From Myxococcota bacterium (GTDB lineage: Bacteria > Myxococcota_A > UBA9042 > PHBI01 > JAWLBL01), in contig JAWLBL010000020.1 in NCBI GenBank assembly GCA_041687695.1, forward strand, positions 64,001 through 128,000: a stretch of DNA of 64,000 nt, read 5' to 3'. Position 1 is the first letter of the stretch; the number at the start of each line of letters is the position of its first letter. The notes beneath the pieces are model-generated. The model worked only from the letters and a program-made list of their open reading frames with translations, was not told where the DNA came from and searched no databases. This document shows, in pieces, positions 1-9,566 of the stretch. Position numbers and translations under genes: made by a program.

Positions 1-1
1 G

Positions 2-385
2 GCCATCGACATCTCGACGCGCGCCAACCCCGTCGAGCTGGGCTTCGTCGACACGCTGGTCGGTCGCGTCGGCGTCGAGTGGCGGGGGCTGCCGTGGCTC
101 CGCGCGCGCGGCGGCTACTTCTTCCGGCCGACGCCCGCGCCTCGCCAGACCGGCTGGACCGCGTACCTGGACAATGACGCCCACGTCGTCTCCGGAGGCG
201 TCGGCTTCGTCTTCGACGACCCGCTCGAGGTCCATCCCAACCCGGTCGAGGTCGACCTGGCCGCCCAGTGGACCGTGCTGGCGCGCCGCACCCTGTACCG
301 AGACGACCCGCGGGACCCGGTCGGCGACATGAGCCACGGCGGCTCGGTGCTGACCTTCTCCGTCGCCCTCAGCCACCGCTACTGA
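2..385 (+). CDS. C-terminal part of an outer-membrane beta-barrel transporter (FadL/OmpP1-like), truncated by the window start
   Basis: Open frame 2..385 (not in the ORF track because it has no start): ...GRVGVEW...LRARGGYFFRPTP...YLDND...VLTFSVALSHRY*; amphipathic strands and a terminal aromatic residue. Confidence 0.65.
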   Translation, partial: AIDISTRANPVELGFVDTLVGRVGVEWRGLPWLRARGGYFFRPTPAPRQTGWTAYLDNDAHVVSGGVGFVFDDPLEVHPNPVEVDLAAQWTVLARRTLYRDDPRDPVGDMSHGGSVLTFSVALSHRY

Positions 386-2256
386 GCGGCCCCGTCGGAG
401 CCGCCGAAGAGCGCGCTCCAGTCGGCGCGGCGCACGGCCTCACGCGCCGCCGGGTCGCCCGCCTCGAGCCCCTCGGCGACGGGCTGCAGGCGCGCCGCCA
501 GCGGGCTGCCGGGCGTGAAGGCGCGCGCCGCGTCGAGGGCGAGCTGCGCCGCGGGGCCGTCCTCCTGCGACAGGCGGGTCGTCGCGATCTCGAGCCAAAG
601 GAGCGTGGCCGTCGAGCGGGCCTCGCGCAGGGTGCGGCCTTCCTCGCCGAGGGCCGCGCTCCAGCCCGCGGCGTCCCGGGCCTGCGCCTCGCGCTCGGCG
701 GCCGCCGCGGAGCGCCCCACGCGCCACAGGCCACCGGCCCAGCGCAGCCGGTCGACCGGCACGGGCGGGTTCAAGGTCGGCTCGAGGTAGACCGGGCGAC
801 GCGCGGCGACCTCGAGCAGCCCGGTGGTCGGGAAGCGCTGCGAGGCGACGAAGGCCCACGACACTTCAGCGAAGGGCTCGCCGCGGCGGGCGAGCGCCTC
901 GGCCAGCGGCCGGCCGCCGCCGACGTGGCCCTCGAAGGACTGATGCACGACGAGGAGGTCCGGCCGCACCCCCTCGACGGCCGCGTGATACAGGCGGCCG
1001 AAGTGCAGGGCATAGAACGAGGGCATCACCACCGCCCCCGGCAGCACGTCGCGCAGCAGCAGGGACTCGACGGTGGCCGGCGAGCGCACCTGGGCCAGCG
1101 CCAGGCGCGGCAGACGTTCGGCCAGGCTGACGCCGGCGATGAGCAATGCCAGACCGGCGGTGGCCAGGCCCGCGACACGCGGGAGGCCTCGGCGCGCGAG
1201 GAGCGCCGCGAGGGGCGGGGCGGCCAGCACCGCGAGCATGGCCCAGGCCATCTGGAAGTAGCCGCCGTCGTCGGGGTTGGTCGGATCGACGTCCATGAGC
1301 AGCTTGGTCAGGAGATTGCCGACGAGGACCAGGCCGAGGGCGAGCGCGAGGGCGGGCGCGCGGGCGGCCATCTGGGCGAGGCCCGCGAGCGCCGCGAGTA
1401 GCAGGACCGGGCCCAGGTCGACCAGGGCCATGTCGGCGGCCAGGATCGCGTTGTGCGTCAGCGGGGTGGACGCGCCCGTGACCGACGGCTGGAACACGCG
1501 CGCGGTGACGACGTCGACGAAGCGGCCCAGGGTGTCGGGTGACGCGTAGTTGAGCAGCGGATCGGTGGCGGCCCGGAGCGGCAAGAGGACGTAGAGCGCG
1601 AGACCCAACGCAGCGAAGCCCACGAGGGCGGGCAGCGCGCGCACGACGGCGTGGACGCGCGCGCGGTCGGCGAGCAGCAGCGCGGCCAGGGCCGGCAGGT
1701 GGAAGACCATCAGCAGGTGGTGGTTGGCGCCGCCCAGCCCGACCAGCAGCGCGACGGCGGCCATCGTGGCCCAGGGGCGGGGGGCGGCCCCCGAGTGGAC
1801 GTCCCAGGCCAGGCGGGTCGCCAGCAGCGCCGTCAGGAGATGGAGGGTGTAGACCTCGGCGCGGTTGGCCTGCAGCCATAGCGCCGTCGTCGCCCCGAAC
1901 GCCAGCGCCACGAGCGCAGCCACGCCGGAGGCGACGCCCGGCGAGACCTTGGGCTCGGTGACCCGGACGGCACGGCGGGCCAGGTCGAAGACCAGCGCGA
2001 CCGAAGCTCCGGCGCACAGCGCGCTGAGCACGGCCACCCGGAAGGCCAGGGGACCGAGCGGCAGCAGGCTCGCGGCGTGCGCCACGATGACGTACAGCGG
2101 GTGTCCCGGCGCGTGCGGGACACCGAGGGTGGCCCCGGCCGCGGCCAGCTCGCCCGAGTCGAGCCAGAACGCCCCACCGGGCGCGGTCGCCAGGTAGGCG
2201 AGGGTGGTCGCGACGAAGAGCGCGGCGCGTGGCCGCGACGGCGAGGTGGGCGTCAC
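379..2256 (-). CDS. DUF2723/TMEM260-like multi-pass membrane protein (putative glycosyltransferase)
   Basis: WLDSGEL, LGVPHAPGHPLY and AEVYTL motifs, many TM segments; GTG start at 2256 preferred over the ORF-track start 2307. Confidence 0.8.
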   Translation of the reverse strand: MTPTSPSRPRAALFVATTLAYLATAPGGAFWLDSGELAAAGATLGVPHAPGHPLYVIVAHAASLLPLGPLAFRVAVLSALCAGASVALVFDLARRAVRVTEPKVSPGVASGVAALVALAFGATTALWLQANRAEVYTLHLLTALLATRLAWDVHSGAAPRPWATMAAVALLVGLGGANHHLLMVFHLPALAALLLADRARVHAVVRALPALVGFAALGLALYVLLPLRAATDPLLNYASPDTLGRFVDVVTARVFQPSVTGASTPLTHNAILAADMALVDLGPVLLLAALAGLAQMAARAPALALALGLVLVGNLLTKLLMDVDPTNPDDGGYFQMAWAMLAVLAAPPLAALLARRGLPRVAGLATAGLALLIAGVSLAERLPRLALAQVRSPATVESLLLRDVLPGAVVMPSFYALHFGRLYHAAVEGVRPDLLVVHQSFEGHVGGGRPLAEALARRGEPFAEVSWAFVASQRFPTTGLLEVAARRPVYLEPTLNPPVPVDRLRWAGGLWRVGRSAAAAEREAQARDAAGWSAALGEEGRTLREARSTATLLWLEIATTRLSQEDGPAAQLALDAARAFTPGSPLAARLQPVAEGLEAGDPAAREAVRRADWSALFGGSDGAAQ

Positions 2257-2305
2257 GCGCGGAGGATGCCACGGCCCCGTCCGGGTGTCCGGTAGAGGGC
2301 ACGCC

Positions 2306-2349
2306 AAAAAAGACAGACGCCCCGGTCGACGGCTTCGACCGGGGCGTCT
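2306..2349 (-). terminator. Intrinsic terminator of the cytochrome c lipoprotein gene
   Basis: 15-bp stem AGACGCCCCGGTCGA/TCGACCGGGGCGTCT (2315-2349) with a nearby A6 run (U-tract on the minus strand). Confidence 0.8.
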
Positions 2350-2373
2350 CGTGCACCGGGGAGGGGAGACGGG

Positions 2374-4503
2374 CTAGAGGGTCAGCAGGTACGCCACCAG
2401 GGCGTCGCGCTCGTCGTCCGTCAGGTGAATCGTCTTGCCCATGGTGGTCGCCGTCTGCTCGAGCACGTCGTGCAGGGTCTCGGCGGCGCCCGTGTGCAGG
2501 TAGGGGGCGGTGTAGTGCAGGCCGCGCAGGGTCGGCGTGTTCAGCAGGCCGGGGCTGGCCTCGACCTCTTCACCGCGCGCCTTGCGCTGCTTCCACAAGG
2601 CGATCTCGGCCGGCGTCGCCGTGCCCACGTCGTGGTTGCGTCCGTCGGTGAGCGCGACGCCCGAGTGGCACGTGCCGCAGCCGACGTCGGGGCGGTTGAA
2701 GATCTGACGCCCCCACTCCTCCTGCTCGTTGAGGCCTTCGGGGCGCTGGTACGGGTTCGGCGGCGCGTGCAGCCCGTGGAGCATGAACTGCTCGAGATCC
2801 TCGAGCTCCTTGTTGGTCAGGCCCTTGCCGCCCATGCGCTCGACGGTCTGGACCATGTTGCCCTGCAGCTCGGGCTTGGTGCCGTTCCAGTTGTAGGGCG
2901 CGGTGTCGGCCAGGCGTCCGGCCAGCGCCGGCGTCTGCCGAGGACCGTCGCCGATCATCCACACGATCTTGTCTTCGGTGCCCTCGAAGTGGCACGTCCC
3001 GCAGGCGAACGAGCCGGCGTGGCTCATGCGCTCGTTGCGCGCGTAGGTGAAGACGCGCGCGCCGCGCCGCACGGCGGGCGGCAGCGGGTCGACGCCGAAC
3101 GCCTTGGCGCGGGCCGCGGCGAGGTTGAGCGGCTTGGTGACCGGGCCGAACGTGTCGGACGCCGCGCCCATCGCAAAAGGCGTGTCCTGGCGCGGCGTGA
3201 CCTGCTCGGTCGGCTTCATGGCCATCAGCGGCGCCAGATCCAGCTCGCTGACCGTGTAGTCGTGGGCGTTGAGGACATAGGCGTGCAGGCCGTCGGCCGA
3301 GAACGCGATGGCCTTGGGCGCGTGTCCCACCTTGAACTCGGCGAGCGGCGCCACCATCGGGTCGGCGGCGGCCGTGTTGAGGACCAGCACGTTGTCGCTG
3401 CCGAAGCCGGTGACGAAGGCGAGGGTCCAGGTCGGGTGGTGGTTGATGTCGCTCGGCTGCTCGACCCGGTGGGTCATGGGCTCGCCCGAGGCGGGGTCCT
3501 TGACGGGCAGGCTGCCCGTCGCCGGGACGATGCTGCCGTCGCCGCCGAGCGCCGTCACGGCCAGCTCGACGGGGCGGCTCGGGACGGAGAACTCGTTGGC
3601 GGTCGTGGTGGAGGTCGAGCCGTAGCCGCCGCTGGAGGGCGCCGACGTCTCGGGCCGGTCCGCGGAGAGGGCGTCGTTCTCGTCGCCCGGGTTGGCGGTG
3701 ATGTGGGCGATGAGCGCGCCGCCGGTCTCGGGGTGGACGGTCGCCGCGATGGCGCGGGTGGCCCGCTTGGTGCCGTCGACGCCGGTGAAGGTCATGAGAT
3801 CCGAGGGGACGTTGCGTCGCAGGGTCCGGGCGCCGCTGACGTCGGTGATGAGCCCGCTGGTGGCGAGATCGAAGGTCAGGGCGTCGTCGGATTGGTGGGC
3901 GACGGTGATCCAGCCCTTGGGGCTGACCGCGATGGCGCGCGGCCGCTCGAGGGTCGTCTGCGACTGCACGGTCGCCAGGGTCGCCGGGTCGGCGACGACG
4001 ACGCGGTCCTCGCCCGAGAGGGTGACGAACAGCGTCTTGGCCTCGGCGTCGAGCGCCAGGCCGAAGGGCTCGGTGCCGACCTTCGCGCGGGCCGCGACCT
4101 GCTGGCTGCCCGGCGCCACGCGCACGAGCTCGCCGCCGAAGCGGACCGTGACCCAGGCGGTGCCGTCGGGGCCGACGACGACCTGCTCGGGGCGCTCGCC
4201 GACGGGGATGACGCGCGTGACCTCGAGCGCGTGGCGGTCGAGCACCACGAGGTCACCGTTTTCGGTGTCGACGACGAAGAGCTCGTCGCCGTGGACGGCG
4301 ATGGAGCGGCCGCTGGTCCAGGGCGCAGGGGCCGCCTGGGTCTGCAGCGCGCGGGCCATCAGCGGCATCGCGTGCGGGAACTCGAGGAACGTGTCCTGGT
4401 GGTGGTTCGGCTCCTTGCCGCAGCCGCCTGCGGCGAGCAGGAGCGCGGCGGCGCCGAGGAGTGGGGCGCGAAGACCCCGATGGAGCTTCAGGCGGTTCTT
4501 CAT
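2374..4503 (-). CDS. Lipoprotein with YncE-like beta-propeller and C-terminal di-heme cytochrome c (peroxidase/MauG-superfamily-like) domain
   Basis: Lipobox-like AGGC; VGxxP propeller repeats; two CGTCH heme motifs; RQTPAL and TPTLRGL..TAPYLHTG motifs. Confidence 0.8.
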   Translation of the reverse strand: MKNRLKLHRGLRAPLLGAAALLLAAGGCGKEPNHHQDTFLEFPHAMPLMARALQTQAAPAPWTSGRSIAVHGDELFVVDTENGDLVVLDRHALEVTRVIPVGERPEQVVVGPDGTAWVTVRFGGELVRVAPGSQQVAARAKVGTEPFGLALDAEAKTLFVTLSGEDRVVVADPATLATVQSQTTLERPRAIAVSPKGWITVAHQSDDALTFDLATSGLITDVSGARTLRRNVPSDLMTFTGVDGTKRATRAIAATVHPETGGALIAHITANPGDENDALSADRPETSAPSSGGYGSTSTTTANEFSVPSRPVELAVTALGGDGSIVPATGSLPVKDPASGEPMTHRVEQPSDINHHPTWTLAFVTGFGSDNVLVLNTAAADPMVAPLAEFKVGHAPKAIAFSADGLHAYVLNAHDYTVSELDLAPLMAMKPTEQVTPRQDTPFAMGAASDTFGPVTKPLNLAAARAKAFGVDPLPPAVRRGARVFTYARNERMSHAGSFACGTCHFEGTEDKIVWMIGDGPRQTPALAGRLADTAPYNWNGTKPELQGNMVQTVERMGGKGLTNKELEDLEQFMLHGLHAPPNPYQRPEGLNEQEEWGRQIFNRPDVGCGTCHSGVALTDGRNHDVGTATPAEIALWKQRKARGEEVEASPGLLNTPTLRGLHYTAPYLHTGAAETLHDVLEQTATTMGKTIHLTDDERDALVAYLLTL

Positions 4504-4639
4504 GGACTTCCTCCCCGGATGCGTTGGACGCGGAGCGGGTGGTCGCTGGGCTGGCAGACTGAGAGTTGCGGCTGACTATAGCGGTGGCGGTCACCTCGGC
4601 ACAACGTGCCGGCGATCACCGCGTGACACCCGTCAGATA

Positions 4640-4656
4640 AGCAATCCGTGTGCCAG
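4640..4656 (-). promoter_or_regulatory. sigma54 -24/-12 promoter
   Basis: Minus strand CTGGCACACGGATTGCT matches TGGCAC-N5-TTGC, about 135 bp upstream of the ATG at 4503. Confidence 0.75.
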
Positions 4657-4870
4657 TCGATGGTGGTTCGGAGGGGGCTTGGAGCGAGTGGGGGGAGCGG
4701 CCCGAAACCGGGCAGCCGAACCGAGCATAGACCACCCACGAACCCATTCCCAAGCCGGAGGCCGTGATGACGCCGGTGTGGAGTTACGCCGCACCTGCAA
4801 AGGCGCTAGACGGCGTGTGTACAGCGGGTGTACGGCGCGGCGTGACCGCGCTGCGGCGCCGGCGAACGCC

Positions 4871-5368
4871 TCAGTCCAGGTCGATGCGGCAGATGCCCGA
4901 CTGCCCGGCGCTCTCCTCGACGTGGACCTCGATGGCCCGGACGACGGCCGTCGGGATGCGGGACGGCAGGGCCTCGATGATCCGGTGCGCGAGAAACCGC
5001 GCGAGCATCTCGGTCGAGGTGTTGGGGACCGGCAGGACGCGCACGTCGCGCCGCGGGAAGCAGAAGTAGCTGCCGTCCCGGTGGCGCACCTCGACGCGAT
5101 CGTCGTGCTCGGTCAGCGTCAGGTGCGGGTTGTCGCGTGGCAGAATCGTCACGTGATCCAGGTCGTCGCACAGCCGCTTGACGAGCGGCTTGAAGGGGAT
5201 GAAGTCGATGACGAGGTCACCGCCGTCGAGGTCCCCTTCGACCTTCACCTGCACCTGGTAGTTGTGCCCGTGCAGCTCCTCGCGCGTGCCGTCCCCGAAG
5301 ATGAGGAAGTGCGCCGACGCGAAGTTGAAGTACTGCTTGTAGACGCGGATCGCGAAGGACTCGCGCAA
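4871..5368 (-). CDS. 6-pyruvoyl-tetrahydropterin synthase family protein, PTPS-III-type (ExxHGH)
   Basis: FASAHF, REELHGHNY, LDH, NTSTEMLA; TTG start after GAGG. Confidence 0.8.
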   Translation of the reverse strand: MRESFAIRVYKQYFNFASAHFLIFGDGTREELHGHNYQVQVKVEGDLDGGDLVIDFIPFKPLVKRLCDDLDHVTILPRDNPHLTLTEHDDRVEVRHRDGSYFCFPRRDVRVLPVPNTSTEMLARFLAHRIIEALPSRIPTAVVRAIEVHVEESAGQSGICRIDLD

Positions 5369-5371
5369 GGG

Positions 5372-5755
5372 TCACCTCGAGGGGGCGTGGAGCTGATCGG
5401 CGCGGACGATCGCGCGCGCGGTGCACGTCTCCTGGACCGTCACACGCGTGAGCCAGGGCAGGCTGGGCGCGAGACGGCGCCAGATCCACACGGCCAGCAG
5501 CTCGCTGGTCGGGTTGTCGAGCCCCTCGACCTCGTTGAGGTAGTTGTGGTCGAGCACGTCGTGCAGCGGCTGCCACGCCTTCTTGATGTCGGCGTAGTCC
5601 ATGACCCAGCCCGTCGACTCGCCGATGGGGCCGGTCACCTCGACCTCGACCTGGAAGCTGTGCCCGTGCAAGCGGGCGCACTTGTGACCGGGGGCGACGT
5701 TGGGCAGCCGGTGGGCAGCCTCGAACTGGAAGGTGCGGACGAGAGAGGCCTGCAT
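5372..5755 (-). CDS. queD: 6-carboxy-5,6,7,8-tetrahydropterin synthase QueD
   Basis: FEAAHRLP, KCARLHGHSF (CxxxHGH), LDHNYLNEV, NPTSE, VQET. Confidence 0.9.
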   Translation of the reverse strand: MQASLVRTFQFEAAHRLPNVAPGHKCARLHGHSFQVEVEVTGPIGESTGWVMDYADIKKAWQPLHDVLDHNYLNEVEGLDNPTSELLAVWIWRRLAPSLPWLTRVTVQETCTARAIVRADQLHAPSR

Positions 5756-5807
5756 GGGGCTGCGCATGTAGCAGACGAGGGCCCCGCGGGCAAGGCGCGG
5801 ACGCGGC

Positions 5808-7007
5808 TCAGGCGCCGAAATACCTCAGGTATTCGGCGAACGACCCCGAGCGGCCCTTCTCGTCGATCTTCGAGAAGCGGACGATGACCGTGTACCCGTC
5901 GCGGCCCTGGCGCTCGCGGACGCGGGTCACGGTCCCGTGCATCACGACCTTGGGTGACTTGAAGGTCGGAAAGGCCGGAGTGATGACGACGCGCTCGTAA
6001 TTGAGCGGCAGGTTCCCCGACGCGGCGACGGCGATCATGGTGCCGCTGATGCGCTCGACCCGTCCGGGCGCCTCCTGGTCCTTCCACGCGACGAGGACGT
6101 CGGCGGGCGTCTCCTCGTCGACGTACATGTCGTCCTTGTCGAAGTACGAGTCGTCGCCACCGAAGGCCGGCGAGAAGGACGACTCGTCGTCGAACCCGGC
6201 CTCGCTCGTCTCCTCGGCCTCGTCCTTGCCGAAGCCGAAGATCCCCAGGAGGCCGCCGAAGCCGCGGCGCTTGGGGCGGGTGCCAGGTCGCGCCGGCGTG
6301 GGATCGGACGGGCGCGCGGTGACGTTCGAGTCCGAGGCCGTGGCGGAGGGCGGCGCGGCGGCGGTCGGGGCGGGCGCCGGCACCGACGCGGTAGGACGCG
6401 CGCGGGTGTAGTAGTCGAGGCCGGAGACCTCGCGACCCGCGGCCGGCTGGCGCGTCGAGGAGCGCTCGCGGACGCCGAGCGGGTCGTTCGAGGTCGACGA
6501 GGCGGCCCGATCGAGCCGGGCGAGCTCCTTGTGGAGATCGACGGCGTGCAGCTCCTCGTCCTCGCGCTGCGTGCGGCCCCGCTGCGCCGCCTCGGCCTCG
6601 AAGCGGTACACCGAGGCGGGCCGGCCCTCGCGATCGGCGGTCTGCAGGCGCGGGACGAGGCCGGGGGAGACCTGGGCGAGGAAGTCCTTGAGCGGCTGCG
6701 GGTCGCCCGTCGTGTAGGCCTCGACGAACTGGACGGCGTAGCCGATCTCGGGGTTCTGCAGGGTCGGCCGGGGGATCGTCCAGACGACCTGGCTGGCCAC
6801 GCGCACGCCGAGATCGGTGTTGCCGCGCACGATCTCGCGCAGCACGATCTGCTGGCCGCGCTCGGGCACCCAGGAGGCCTTCAGGAAGGCGCCGGCCGGG
6901 CTGACGTTGGTGGCGACCGCCCGCTGCTCGTCTCCGGCGCCATCGAAGCGGAAGCGGATGGAGCGCGCGCGGCGGGTGAACTGACGATGGTCGGCGGACG
7001 AAGTCAC
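5808..7007 (-). CDS. PilZ-domain protein (N-terminal PilZ plus a probable degenerate C-terminal PilZ)
   Basis: RQFTR (RxxxR) and NVSPAG ([D/N]xSxxG) motifs; long low-complexity linker; C-terminal GTVTRV...VIVRF strand pattern. Confidence 0.7.
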   Translation of the reverse strand: MTSSADHRQFTRRARSIRFRFDGAGDEQRAVATNVSPAGAFLKASWVPERGQQIVLREIVRGNTDLGVRVASQVVWTIPRPTLQNPEIGYAVQFVEAYTTGDPQPLKDFLAQVSPGLVPRLQTADREGRPASVYRFEAEAAQRGRTQREDEELHAVDLHKELARLDRAASSTSNDPLGVRERSSTRQPAAGREVSGLDYYTRARPTASVPAPAPTAAAPPSATASDSNVTARPSDPTPARPGTRPKRRGFGGLLGIFGFGKDEAEETSEAGFDDESSFSPAFGGDDSYFDKDDMYVDEETPADVLVAWKDQEAPGRVERISGTMIAVAASGNLPLNYERVVITPAFPTFKSPKVVMHGTVTRVRERQGRDGYTVIVRFSKIDEKGRSGSFAEYLRYFGA

Positions 7008-7220
7008 GACGGGGAGACTAGCGAAGTCGGGGGTGGCCTGTCACCCGGCGCGCGAGGGTCGTGCGCGATCGGCCGCGCCCGGTGGTTGCTTGGCGCTGGT
7101 CGCGCGCCCGTCGTGCTTGTTTGGTACGTTCGGCGCGATCGCGACTATAGTCGGCGGCGCAGCCGTGGAGGTCGCGGTCCGCGAGGGACGCGCGCGGTCG
7201 TCCCCGGCCGGATGGGAGCC

Positions 7221-8240
7221 ATGCACTTTCAGCGAGACGAGGGGTTCGACAACCTGGTCGGGCGCGCGACCGACGGCTACGTCGTCATGGAGAAGGTCGG
7301 CTCGGGCGCCTTCTCGAGCGTCTACAAGGCGATGGAGACGGCGGGCGAGAAGCGCCTGGTCGCGCTCAAGGTCATGCACGAGATCCAGCAGCGCATGACC
7401 GGCCCGGGGCAGGTCGAGCACCCGTTCGAGCGCGAGCTGCGCCTGTCGCGGGTGGTCAAGGACCCGGGGATCGCGCGCGTCTACAAGACCGGTCAGCTGC
7501 GCGACGGCCGCTACTACGCGGCGCTCGAATACGTCGACGCCATGACCCTCGAGGGCGAGATCGCGCACCGCCGCGTCATCCCGTGGGTCGAGGCCGTGGC
7601 CGTCATCACGGCGGCGGGGCGGTCGGTGGCCAGCTTGCACGCCGAGGGGATCATCCACCGCGATCTCAAGCCAGGCAACGTGATGGTGCGGCTCGGCAAG
7701 GACGGTCGCATCCACGTCAAGCTCATCGATCTCGGGACCGCGCGCCTCGCCCACGAGCGCGACTCCGCCGAAGACGGCGTGGCGCCGGGCGCCATCGGGT
7801 CGCCACAGTACATGGCGCCCGAGCAGGCGACGGGCGCCGGGACCTCGAAGAGCACCGACGTCTACGCCCTCGGGGCCATCCTGTACGAGATGGTCACGGG
7901 TCGGCCCGTGCTGGCGCTCAAGCGGCCCGTCGCCGACGTGTGCATCGCCTACCTCGAGTCCGATCGCCCGATCCCGTCCATCGCGCTCGAGCAGCTGGTG
8001 CCGGACGCGTTCCCGGCGGCGCTGCGCGGCGTCATCGAGGGCGCCCTCGCGCGCGATCCGGCGCAGCGCCCGCGCGACGCGGCGGCCTTCGTGGCGCAGG
8101 TCGAGGCGGCGGCGGCCGAGGCCCGGGAGCGCGGCGCGTCGGGTTCGGGGCTCGGCCGGCTCGGGGCGATGCTCAAGGGGCTGTTCGGGCGCAAGGACGC
8201 GGCGGCGAGCCGGCCGCGGGGCCGGTTCAACCAGCGATGA
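7221..8240 (+). CDS. Hanks-type Ser/Thr protein kinase, no TM segment
   Basis: VGSGAFSSVY, VALKVM, IIHRDLKPGN, DLG, GSPQYMAPE, DVYALG; start at 7221 or 7212. Confidence 0.92.
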   Translation: MHFQRDEGFDNLVGRATDGYVVMEKVGSGAFSSVYKAMETAGEKRLVALKVMHEIQQRMTGPGQVEHPFERELRLSRVVKDPGIARVYKTGQLRDGRYYAALEYVDAMTLEGEIAHRRVIPWVEAVAVITAAGRSVASLHAEGIIHRDLKPGNVMVRLGKDGRIHVKLIDLGTARLAHERDSAEDGVAPGAIGSPQYMAPEQATGAGTSKSTDVYALGAILYEMVTGRPVLALKRPVADVCIAYLESDRPIPSIALEQLVPDAFPAALRGVIEGALARDPAQRPRDAAAFVAQVEAAAAEARERGASGSGLGRLGAMLKGLFGRKDAAASRPRGRFNQR

Positions 8241-9556
8241 GGCGAGCGCGAGGCGGGATGGGACGAACGCGCCGGTGGGCGGTGACGGTCGCTTCGGTCC
8301 TCTCGGTGGCCGCGGCCGGGTTGGCGGGCTGCGGAGGCGAGGCGACCGGAACCCGTGACGGGCAGTACCTGGGCGACCGCGTGTCGTTTCGGCTGACCGG
8401 CGCGACGGCGCACGACTTTCGGCTCACCGGGATCGAGTGCCGCGTGCCGCACCCGGAGCACCCCGAGCTGGCCCTGTGCCTGGTGCGGGCTCCCGGGCTG
8501 CCGTCCGGGGCGCTGACGGTGAGCGGGGGCGCGTTCGGAGGGCAGCTGGGCGACGTCGCGATCGAGGGACGGCTGCTGGGCGACGGCGCCGAGGGCACCT
8601 GGCGCTTCGAGGCGACGTGCCCGAACGGGGACGCGTGCGAGGCCAGCGGCGCGTGGACCGCGGCGTTCAAACCCGAGGTGACCTTCGACGTCCCGCCCGA
8701 TCTGCCGCCCGACGTGGGGCCGCCGGACACCCTCGCGAGCGACCTGCCGGGTCCGGGCCCCGACGCCGGGCCGACGCAGCAGCAGGCCAAGGCCCTGCTG
8801 GACGACCTGCGGGCCGCGGTCGGGGTCGCGCCCGCGGCCTGGGACGACGGCGTCCACGCGGCGGCGCAGGCCCACGCCGAGTACTTCGTGACGCACGCCT
8901 CGGCCTATGCCCAGTCGGGGCTGAACCCGCACCAGCAGAACCAGGACTGGACCGAGGGGTTCACGGGCGTGTCCATGATGCAGCGTCTGCAGCACGCCGG
9001 CGTGACCGGCGTCGGCGCGGGCGGCGAGGTCATGGCCTTCACCGGCAGCGCGCAGGGCGCGATGGACGGCTGGATGGCCACGCTGTACCACCGAGAGCCG
9101 CTCATCCACCCCAGCATGGTGCGTTGGGGCTTCGGAGCCGCCGCCGAAGGGGCGGCCCGCGCCGAGGTCGCCGACCTGATCTTCGCCGCGGCCGCCAAGC
9201 CGGGACCGGCGCGCTGGCCGCTGCCGGACGCCGAGGACGTCGACCGCAGCTGGGACGGCCGCGAGTCGCCGCAGCCGCCGCTGCCGCCGGGCGCCTCGTA
9301 CCCGTCGGGGCCCATCGTGACCGTGACGTGGCCCAGCGGCACCAAGCTGGCCCTCGCCGAGGCGCGGCTGCTGGGGCCGGGGGACGTCGAGGTGCCCGTC
9401 CAGGTGCGCACGCCGGCCGACGACCAGCACCTGATGGACTCGTGGGCCCTGTACGCGCTGGACCCGCTCGCGGCCGGCACCCGGTACACGGTCGTGTTCG
9501 AGGGCACGGTCGGCGGGCAGGCCACGACCGAGTCCTGGAGCTTCACGACGCGCTGA
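8237..9556 (+). CDS. Lipoprotein with CAP/SCP-like domain and C-terminal Ig-like domain
   Basis: LAGC lipobox; AAQAHAEY, PH, GEVMAF, WMATLYHREPL; ends WSFTTR; ATGA overlap with the kinase stop (alternative start 8258). Confidence 0.75.
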   Translation: MRRARGGMGRTRRWAVTVASVLSVAAAGLAGCGGEATGTRDGQYLGDRVSFRLTGATAHDFRLTGIECRVPHPEHPELALCLVRAPGLPSGALTVSGGAFGGQLGDVAIEGRLLGDGAEGTWRFEATCPNGDACEASGAWTAAFKPEVTFDVPPDLPPDVGPPDTLASDLPGPGPDAGPTQQQAKALLDDLRAAVGVAPAAWDDGVHAAAQAHAEYFVTHASAYAQSGLNPHQQNQDWTEGFTGVSMMQRLQHAGVTGVGAGGEVMAFTGSAQGAMDGWMATLYHREPLIHPSMVRWGFGAAAEGAARAEVADLIFAAAAKPGPARWPLPDAEDVDRSWDGRESPQPPLPPGASYPSGPIVTVTWPSGTKLALAEARLLGPGDVEVPVQVRTPADDQHLMDSWALYALDPLAAGTRYTVVFEGTVGGQATTESWSFTTR

Positions 9557-9566
9557 CCACCGCGGG

